Source: an uncultured Acidobacteriota bacterium (GTDB lineage: Bacteria; Acidobacteriota; Vicinamibacteria; Vicinamibacterales; 2-12-FULL-66-21). From it: a DNA stretch of 64,000 bases. A program made the translations under genes and the position numbers. The stretch lies in contig CAWIKL010000002.1 in assembly GCA_963836665.1 (NCBI GenBank), positions 276,878 to 340,877 of the forward strand, read 5' to 3'. Positions 26,113 through 33,160 of the stretch are shown here, piece after piece (the first letter of the stretch is position 1; the number at the start of each line of letters is the position of its first letter). Below the pieces are notes generated by a model. The model was given only the letters and a program-made list of their open reading frames with translations, ran no database searches and was not told where the DNA came from.

Positions 26113-28491
26113 CTAACCTCCGCCGCCCTTCTTTTTCTTCGACGTCTTCTTTTTCGCCGGCGTCTTGCTCGTCGTCGCCTTCCCCGTGGACTTCTTCGCG
26201 GGCGCCTTCGTTACCGGCGCCGGGTGCCCCTCACCCTCGCCGTAGAGGCGGCGGTAGTCCTCGGCGATGCCGAGGATGCGCTTGACGTAGTTCTGCGTCT
26301 CGGGGAACGGGATGTCGTCGATGAACTCGTCTTCGTCCATGTTCGGACGCTCCGCCTTCCAGCGGACGACGCGGTTCTCGCCGGCGTTGTAGCTGGCGAG
26401 TGCGTAGTAGGTGCCGCCGAACTGCGTGACGAGGCGCTTGAAGTACAGCGTGCCGAGACGGATGTTGGTGTCGCCATTGGTCAGCATCGCGGTGTTGAAG
26501 CGGCGGATGCCGACGGCGGTGGCGAGGCGGCGCCCGGTCGCGGGGACGATCTGCATCAGCCCCCATGCATTTGCCCCCGAGTGCGCCGTGGGATCGAACG
26601 TCGATTCCTGCAGGACGAGCGACGCCACCACGTAGGGATCGAGCTCGTAGACCGCGGCGTTCTTCTTGATCGCATCCCAGTAGGTGAGCGGGAAAATGAC
26701 CTGCAGGATCTCCGCGGGCAATCCGACGCCGCTTTCGGCCAGGAACTGCGGATAGGCGCGGCGCATCGTCGTGATGGCGCGGCGCAGCTCTCCTTTCTCG
26801 TGATAGACCCAGGCCATCGTTGCCTCGATCGCCGGCGTCGAACCCCACGCTTTCTGCGCGAACTGCAGTTCGGCGAGGCCGGTGTCGTACAGGCCGGCGG
26901 CGAGCAGGTGACGGATGATCGCCGCGTTGGGCGGCGGCGGGCTGACGGGAGGCGGCGCCGTCGCGGCGTTCTGATACGCCGCGTTGACCGGCTGCGGAGA
27001 TGCAGCGGCGGACGCCTTGACCGCCGGCAGGCGGCGGCCGGCCAGCCGGCCGTAGTACGAGTTCATGTAGTCGGTGTAGACGAGACGCAGGCGCGCCTGC
27101 GCCGATTCCGCCTGGCCGAGTTTTTCGCGCGCGCGGCCGGCCCAATAGAGGAACGGCGGACGATAGTCGGAGCGCGGAAAGGCGGCGGCGGCGCTCTCGA
27201 ACACGCGTACGGTCTCGGCGTAGTTGCTGGTGGTGTAGGCACGCCAGCCGTACTTCCACGCGGAGCGCTCGGCGTAGGGACCGGCCGGGAACTTGTCGTA
27301 CAGCTCCTTGAACGTCTGCGCCGCGAGGTCGTCGTCGTTGGTGACCAGGTAGTGGGTGCCGAGGTTGTTGAGCGCTTCGCCGGACCAGCTGGAATCGGGG
27401 AATTCGTCGACCAGCGCCCGGGTCAGACGGTTCGCTTCGTCGTGATCGCCGACCCCGGCGAGCGCGCTCAGATAGAAGAACTTTGCCTCGGCGCGGCGCG
27501 AGGCGTTGTCCTGATACGGGCGCACGCCGTCGCGCGCTGCAGCGTAACGCTTGAGGAAGTAGTCGCACTCGGCGATGCGCAGGTCGACGACTTCTCGGTC
27601 GTCGCCACTGACCCGCGTCTGGAGCTCGACGAGGGTACTGCGCGCCTCGGGATAGCGCCTGGCACCGAACAGGATCAAGGCGCGTGCGAGATCACGCTTG
27701 TCATCCGTGGTGGCGGCAACGTCCTGCAGACCGGCGAGCGCCTCACCGGCGTTCTTGGCCGCGTCGCTGAGCGGAAATTCGTAGTAGACGCGCTGCCAGG
27801 CGTCGGCGGCGCGCTTGCGATCGCCCGCGGCCTGGGCCGCCCGGGCGAGGCGGGCCAGCACCTCTTCGGTGGCCGCCGGCTTCTGCGTGGAGAGCCGGTC
27901 GTAGAGATCCGCCGCGGCGGCGTGATCGCCGCGCATGTCGATCGCCTCGGCATGGCCGAGGGAGGCCGCCAACCAGAGGTATCCTTCAGGCTTGCGCTCG
28001 AGGATCGCATTGAACAGTTTTTCCGCCTCCGCCGCACCGGACTGGTGCAGCAGCGCGTCGGCGAGAAACAGTCGCGCGTAGTCCTGGAGCGGTCCGGCCG
28101 CGGCTATCGATTGCCGCGCGTAGTTCGCGGTAGCCGCGTAGTTGCCCGCCGACAACGCGGAGGCCGCTTCCGCCAGCGTACCGCCCCGCGCCGCGACGCG
28201 CTCGGCCGCGCGAGGGGCAAACCAGTAGTCGGCGATGTTCTGCGGCAGCGCCGCGTGCACGGTCGGACGCAGCGGCTCACTCTCTGGCAATGGCGCGACC
28301 GGCTGCGTGCCGGCCGCCGGCGCCTGGGAGCCGGCCGTTGGAGCCTGAGAGCTGGCAGCCGGGGTCTGAGCACTGCCAGCTGGAGACTGGGAACTGGCTG
28401 CTGGAGACAGTGAGCTGGCAGCCGGCACCTGGATTAACGATACGAAGATCGCGCCGTGGACGAAGATTCGAACTTGCCCCATCGCGTGCAT
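26113..28491 (-). CDS. slt: soluble lytic murein transglycosylase (Slt70-like: superhelical repeat domain + SLT domain)
   Basis: The C-terminal SLT motif region is VLQESTFDPTAHSGANAWGLMQIVPATG...YNAG, preceded by a long helical-repeat region. The N-terminus has low-complexity SPAASSQSPAGSAQTPAASSQAP, and the C-terminus has a Lys-rich tail. Confidence 0.88.
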   Translation of the reverse strand: MHAMGQVRIFVHGAIFVSLIQVPAASSLSPAASSQSPAGSAQTPAASSQAPTAGSQAPAAGTQPVAPLPESEPLRPTVHAALPQNIADYWFAPRAAERVAARGGTLAEAASALSAGNYAATANYARQSIAAAGPLQDYARLFLADALLHQSGAAEAEKLFNAILERKPEGYLWLAASLGHAEAIDMRGDHAAAADLYDRLSTQKPAATEEVLARLARAAQAAGDRKRAADAWQRVYYEFPLSDAAKNAGEALAGLQDVAATTDDKRDLARALILFGARRYPEARSTLVELQTRVSGDDREVVDLRIAECDYFLKRYAAARDGVRPYQDNASRRAEAKFFYLSALAGVGDHDEANRLTRALVDEFPDSSWSGEALNNLGTHYLVTNDDDLAAQTFKELYDKFPAGPYAERSAWKYGWRAYTTSNYAETVRVFESAAAAFPRSDYRPPFLYWAGRAREKLGQAESAQARLRLVYTDYMNSYYGRLAGRRLPAVKASAAASPQPVNAAYQNAATAPPPVSPPPPNAAIIRHLLAAGLYDTGLAELQFAQKAWGSTPAIEATMAWVYHEKGELRRAITTMRRAYPQFLAESGVGLPAEILQVIFPLTYWDAIKKNAAVYELDPYVVASLVLQESTFDPTAHSGANAWGLMQIVPATGRRLATAVGIRRFNTAMLTNGDTNIRLGTLYFKRLVTQFGGTYYALASYNAGENRVVRWKAERPNMDEDEFIDDIPFPETQNYVKRILGIAEDYRRLYGEGEGHPAPVTKAPAKKSTGKATTSKTPAKKKTSKKKKGGGG

Positions 28492-30596
28492 CAGGTGCCG
28501 AGCAGCGATGGGTCGCCGTCGGCGAGCGTCTGCACGAGCTCCTGTTGGAACACCTGGTCGCGTGTGCCGACGGCCGCGGGGACACGTTCCTCGTACAATC
28601 GCAGCGCGCGATCGATCTCACCGCTCAGGCGCTGGCGGATGTCGCGCTGCTGGCGCCCGGCGCTCACGGCGCCCTCGTTGTAGAGCTTGATCTCCGACAC
28701 GAGCAGCCGCGCATAGCGGCGCGCACCTTCTTCGCCGTTGCCACCAGTCACTGGTTCGGGTGCATCGCCGCGCAGCACGTCGAAGGTGCGCATCGCCGCG
28801 CGCAGTGCTGCGACCGCGGCTGCGTGACGCACCAGCAGATCGACGGCATCGCGCCAGCCGCCTCGCCCGTCCGCCCCACCGGTGTCCGCGTAGAGCACGG
28901 CGACGGCGCGGCCGTTGATCATCAGCGGCACTGCGGTCGCCTGGTCGCCGTTGAGGCGCGCGAACGGCGGCGCCGGGAGCGATGGCGATGCCGGAGTCGC
29001 CCGCCCGGCCTGGATCGCGCGCGCGAGCAGATCGCTTCCGCCGATCGACGATTCGACGGTCTGTACGTCGATCTCAGGAATCGCGATCGTCTTCCACGCC
29101 TTCAGGCGATCGCCGTTGATCAGGAACAGCGCGGCGCGACCAGCGAGCGCGCCGGCGTGCTGCAGCAGCGCTTCGAGTGACTGGCTGAGCGAAGCGGCCG
29201 TGTCGATCGCGCGCACGGCGTCGGGCAGCTGCGCGAGAGCGGGCTGCGCCGAGGGTTCAGCCGGTGCCGCCGTGATCGCCGCGGCGCCAGCGACCGTCGC
29301 GCGTGCGGCCGCCTCGCGCGCGTTAGCCACCTCGAGCGCGTTGGCCGCCTCACGCGCGTCAGCAGCCTCGCGCGTGGCCACGAGTTCCGCCTGTAACGAG
29401 GTCACCTGGGCGTGGGCAGTGGCGGCCACTTCATCGGCCGTGGTGGCCCGGGCCGTTACGGCGGCCAACTGTTCGTCGGCGGCGGCAGCCTGCGTCTTCG
29501 CGTTGGCGGCGAGCGCCTGCGCGGCTGCGAGTTCCGCCTGCAGTAAAACCAGCTGTTCTTTGGCAGCCGCGGCCTCTTCGTCGGCCGTGGCGACCCGGAC
29601 TTTTGCGGCAGCCGCCTGTTCGTCCGCCGCGGCAGCCTGCGTCTTCGCGTTGTCGGCGAATGCCTGCGCAGCGGCGAGCTCCGACTGTAAGGGAACCAGC
29701 TGCTCTCTAAAGGCCGCCGCCTCTTCCTCGGCCGTCGCGGCCCGGGCCTTTGCGGCCGCCGCCTGCTCTTCCGCAGCGGTGACCTGCGCCTTGGCGTTGT
29801 CGGCGACCTCCTGCACAGCAGCCGCCTGCGCCTTGGCCGCCGCGCTTTCGTCGTGCGCCGCGGCCATCTGCCGCTGCGCGTCTTGCGCTTCGGCCTGCGC
29901 CGACGCTGCCTGCGCCTGGGCGGCGGCGGCCTGCGTCTGGGCGGCGGCGGCCTGCGTCTGGGCAGCGGCTGCTTGCGCCTGGGCGGATGCGATCTCGGCT
30001 TCGAGGAGCTGCTTGACCGCGTCGAGCTCGGCGGAAGCGCGCGCCCGTTCTTCGGCGGTGGCGCGGTTCGCCGCGTCGAGCGTGTGCATCGCGTCATCGA
30101 GCGCGGTCTGGGCGCGCTGCCGCTCCTCCTCGACCGCCGCCTCGCCGCGCTGCCGCTCGGCCTTGATCTCATCGTCGGCGCGGCGGCGCGCGGATTCGAG
30201 CTCCAGTTCCGTGCTGCGCTTGACCGAGTTGACCGCGTGTTGGACCGTCTGCTCGAGCTGCTGTTGCAGCTGGTTCTCGAGGGCGTTCAGGTGGTTGCGG
30301 GCGCGCTCGGTCGCCTGCTGTTCCGCTTCCGTGCGAGCCGTGGCGACGATCTTCTCGAGCTCGACCTGCCACTCGGTGCGCGCCGCCTCGAGGCGGGTCG
30401 CCGCCAGCCGTTCGCCCTCGCCGGTGCCCTGACGCCTGGCCTCGGCCACCGCCTTCTCGTAATGGTCTTTCAGGGTCGCGAACTGCTGATCGAGCGCGCC
30501 TCGCAGTTGCGCCTGCAGATCGTCGATCGACATGAGGAGGCCATTATCGCACGGCTCTAAGCTCTTGTAGCTTCCGCCTTTACGCGCAACGGTCAA
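28491..30596 (-). CDS. repeat-rich coiled-coil protein with C-terminal GAF-like/unknown globular domain
   Basis: 701 aa. About 440 aa are Ala/Gln/Glu coiled coil with internal tandem repeats. The C-terminal ~250 aa (LFLINGDRLKAWK...AVPLMINGRAVAVLYAD...ARRYARLLVSEIKLYNE) look globular. The stop overlaps the slt start by 1 nt (TGATG). An alternative start is ATG 30533. Confidence 0.6.
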   Translation of the reverse strand: MTVARKGGSYKSLEPCDNGLLMSIDDLQAQLRGALDQQFATLKDHYEKAVAEARRQGTGEGERLAATRLEAARTEWQVELEKIVATARTEAEQQATERARNHLNALENQLQQQLEQTVQHAVNSVKRSTELELESARRRADDEIKAERQRGEAAVEEERQRAQTALDDAMHTLDAANRATAEERARASAELDAVKQLLEAEIASAQAQAAAAQTQAAAAQTQAAAAQAQAASAQAEAQDAQRQMAAAHDESAAAKAQAAAVQEVADNAKAQVTAAEEQAAAAKARAATAEEEAAAFREQLVPLQSELAAAQAFADNAKTQAAAADEQAAAAKVRVATADEEAAAAKEQLVLLQAELAAAQALAANAKTQAAAADEQLAAVTARATTADEVAATAHAQVTSLQAELVATREAADAREAANALEVANAREAAARATVAGAAAITAAPAEPSAQPALAQLPDAVRAIDTAASLSQSLEALLQHAGALAGRAALFLINGDRLKAWKTIAIPEIDVQTVESSIGGSDLLARAIQAGRATPASPSLPAPPFARLNGDQATAVPLMINGRAVAVLYADTGGADGRGGWRDAVDLLVRHAAAVAALRAAMRTFDVLRGDAPEPVTGGNGEEGARRYARLLVSEIKLYNEGAVSAGRQQRDIRQRLSGEIDRALRLYEERVPAAVGTRDQVFQQELVQTLADGDPSLLGT
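29367..29816 (-). repeat. three tandem 147-nt (49-aa) repeats inside the coiled-coil gene
   Basis: Units resemble AFADNAKTQAAAADEQAAAAKVRVATADEEAAAAKEQLVLLQAELAAAQ. The DNA period of 147 nt is visible, e.g. ctgttcgtc.gc.gcggcagcctgcgtcttcgcgtt at ~29471 and ~29618. Confidence 0.8.
29895..29984 (-). repeat. 21-nt (7-aa QAAAAQ[TA]) tandem repeat x4 inside the coiled-coil gene
   Basis: The plus strand reads cctgcgcctgggcggcggcgg / cctgcgtctgggcggcggcgg / cctgcgtctgggcagcggctg / cttgcgcctgggcgg... Confidence 0.8.
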
Positions 30597-30659
30597 GGAG
30601 CCGGTGTGGTCTTCCGCACCTGCGGGGCGAAACGACGTACAATAGAAGGCGCGTTCAAA

Positions 30660-31015
30660 GGGGGCGAATCAGCTTCGACGGAGATACGGTTTCGCAGGAT
30701 GCGTGCCGAGGACCATCACCCTCGTAAATCAGATGGAAAACAACCTAACTGCGGACACGCAGCTCGCTCTCGCAGCCTAAGAACCTGTGAGCGTCCGTCC
30801 TCATCAGCCTACGGGTGGGACACGGATGTCATTTTAGTAGGCTGGCCGTGATCGGCTGCCTCGAACGATCATCCGGCGAGACGTCTTCGGGGTTGGTGCC
30901 CGGCGGTTTTTCTGCGTCTTCACGCCGGGTGCGACAACACAGACGCGGATACGCATCGTAGATTCCTGCGGGGATGTGTTTTCGGACCCGGGTGCAACTC
31001 CCGGCGCCTCCACCA
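30660..31015 (+). ncRNA. ssrA: transfer-messenger RNA (tmRNA)
   Basis: The 5' end GGGGGCG pairs with the 3' end CGCCTCC-A-CCA, including the G3:U pair. GATTCGACGG-like sequence follows (cagcttcgacgg). The T-arm is GGACCCGGGTGCAACTCCCGG. The internal tag frame ends ...GCT CTC GCA GCC TAA (LALAA stop) at 30766-30780. Confidence 0.93.
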
Positions 31016-31053
31016 TTTTTGATCAATAAGAACGGGGGGTCTCAGCCCTCCGT

Positions 31054-31067
31054 TCCCGGCGCCTCCA
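31054..31067 (+). repeat. 14-nt exact direct copy of the tmRNA 3' end (att-like remnant)
   Basis: tcccggcgcctcca at 31054-31067 equals tmRNA positions 30999-31012. A further gcctccac lies at 31072-31079. Confidence 0.7.
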
Positions 31068-31357
31068 GAATGCCTCCACGGCTCATTACCAGAAGAGCCG
31101 CTCACTCGACATGATGCATCCGCATATCCCATGCGGCCCGCCAGTACTCGCTCGGCGTTCACACGAAATACCAAACAAGCGACTCGCGTCCGAGGTGCTC
31201 GAACGGCATCCGAGGCGACGATCGTCATCTCGCGCCTGGCCGTGAGCGGCTGTGGGGGTGGACGATTTCGCGGCCTTACTCGGACATGCTCGAGAGGCGC
31301 AACAAGGTGGAGACACGGCGCGTCGTCAGCGCAGCTCACCAGACGATCGAGTTCGAG

Positions 31358-32359
31358 TTACCCGAGGGCTCGCAGTGCCTGCAGAGCGGCGCCGCGCGCG
31401 CCGGCGGCGTCACCATTCGGCATGATCTCGATCCGCGGCTGCTGCTCTTCGCGTTGCGCACCCATCCCGGCGCGGACCATCGTTACCCACCAGGCACGGA
31501 GCTCCGCCGAGACTTCGAGCGCGCCGCCGCCGATCACGAACGCGTCGGGATCCAGCAAGTTTGTGATCTGATCGAAGAACAACCCCAACGCACGCGCCTG
31601 GGTCTCGAAAATGGCGAGGCACATCTCGTCGCCGTTTTCGGCGAGGCCTCGCACGGCTCGCGCTGCCGGCCCCGCCGCGACGCCGTAAAGAGGATGGTCC
31701 GGATAGCGCGCGAGGAACATCGGCAGCAACGTGCGCTCGATCGCGGTTAGCGAACAGACGGATTCCAGATCGCCCTCGCGCCCGCAGTTGCACGGAGGGC
31801 GCAGTCCCCTCAGCGCCGGAATCGCCTCGCAGGGAATGAGGACGTGCCCGACCTCACCGCCGAAGCCGTTGCGCCCCTCGACCACGCGTCCGTCGACGAC
31901 GAGACCGCCGCCGAGGCCCGTTCCGATGATGGCGGAGACGCTCGTGGCGGGCGTCGAGCCGAAAAGCGCCATGTGCCCCCAGAGGGCGGCGGCGTTGCCG
32001 TCGTTTAGATAAGTGACCGGCCGCTTCAGCCGCTCTTCGAGCCCGCCGCGCAGATCGAAGCCGCGCCACGACGGATGCGCGAAGTTCGTCGAGCCGCGCG
32101 CGCTCAGCACGCCGGCCGCACTGGCCGGGCCTGGCGTGTCGAGACCGACCCCGAGGATGGACTGCGGGTCGACGCCGTAGGCGACGGCCGTCCGCGTGAG
32201 GCCATCGGCAATCTGCGTGAGGCAAATGTCCGCCCCCTCTTGCGCCCGGGCCGGCTGCTCGGCGAGGCCGGGCACGAGGAACTCTCCGCTCTGCGCGTCG
32301 AGGAGCGTGTAATTGATGGCCGTTCCGCCGAGATCGATCCCCGCGACGATGCGATGCAT
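31358..32359 (-). CDS. ROK-family sugar kinase (glucokinase-like)
   Basis: Motifs DLGGTAINYTLLD, GTGLGGGLVVDGRVVEGRNGFGGEVGH and the CNCGREGDLE zinc motif are present. Confidence 0.85.
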   Translation of the reverse strand: MHRIVAGIDLGGTAINYTLLDAQSGEFLVPGLAEQPARAQEGADICLTQIADGLTRTAVAYGVDPQSILGVGLDTPGPASAAGVLSARGSTNFAHPSWRGFDLRGGLEERLKRPVTYLNDGNAAALWGHMALFGSTPATSVSAIIGTGLGGGLVVDGRVVEGRNGFGGEVGHVLIPCEAIPALRGLRPPCNCGREGDLESVCSLTAIERTLLPMFLARYPDHPLYGVAAGPAARAVRGLAENGDEMCLAIFETQARALGLFFDQITNLLDPDAFVIGGGALEVSAELRAWWVTMVRAGMGAQREEQQPRIEIMPNGDAAGARGAALQALRALG

Positions 32360-32488
32360 CGCGCGATGGTATCAGCTCGCGGTGGGGAATTGCGTGTCCG
32401 GTGGCCTGTCATCACGCAACGCGACCGCGCACAGGGCGGTGACCTGTCGGGTCGTCCTGCATTAATCTGGTTTCGGAGGGACGTTCAC

Positions 32489-33143
32489 ATGGCAAAGCCG
32501 AGCATCGGATTGATTGGCGCCGGGCACATCGGAAGCCAGGTCGCGAGACTGGCAATTTCGCGCGGGTATCCGGTGGTGATCAGCAACTCGCGCGGACCTG
32601 AAACCCTGGCTGCGCTCGTCGGTGAACTAGGACCGAGTGCACGGGCTGCGACCACGCTGGATGCTGCCAAGGCCGGGGACATCGTCGTGGTCAGCATCCC
32701 GCTCAAGAACTACCGCGACGTGCCGGTGGCGCCCCTTGACGGCAAGATCGTGATCGACACCAACAACTACTATCCACAACGCGACGGGCACATCCGCGAG
32801 CTCGATAACGAGTCCACGACGACCGCAGAGCTTCTGCAGACGCATCTCCCGACCTCGAAGGTGGTGAAGGCATTCAACCATATCTACGCCGCGCAACTGA
32901 CCACCGACGGGCAGCCTGCGGGATCGAAGAACCGCCGCGCACTCGTCATCGCTGGCGACAGATGCCGAAGCCAAGGCTGTCGTGACGAATCTGCTCGACG
33001 AGTTCGGTTTCGACACGGTAGATGCCGGACCCTTGAAGGAAGGATGGCGCATTCAGCGCGATACGCCGGGTTATGGTCCGCGCCGCACGGCAGAGGAATT
33101 GCGGAAGGACCTGGCGGCGGCCAAACGATACGCCGATCAATAG
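32489..33143 (+). pseudogene. NADP oxidoreductase, coenzyme F420-dependent-like (NAD(P)-binding Rossmann protein), +1 frame break at ~32960
   Basis: MAKPSIGLIGAGHIGSQVARLAISRGYPVVISNSRGPETL...ALVIAGD is in frame 2. Frame 3 then gives DAEAKAVVTNLLDEFGFDTVDAGPLKEGWRIQRDTPGYGPRRTAEELRKDLAAAKRYADQ-stop. The sequence at the junction is GAC-A-GAT. Confidence 0.75.
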
Positions 33144-33160
33144 TCCGAGAGTCGGACCGG

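Noticed and set aside
26224-28413. 729-aa plus-strand ORF antisense to slt, and the 445-aa alternative-frame ORF 26231..27568.
   Set aside because: The sense-strand Slt homology is clear, and the antisense translation is Arg/Gly low-complexity sequence.
28915-30432. 505-aa Ala/Ser/Cys-rich ORF on the plus strand.
   Set aside because: It is the mirror image of the Ala/Gln/Glu coiled-coil gene. GCN-rich repeats read as Ala/Ser/Cys on the opposite strand.
31016-33160. A genomic island or prophage integrated at tmRNA.
   Set aside because: No integrase, excisionase or phage genes follow ssrA. The only att-like repeat is 55 nt away, so at most a scar remains.
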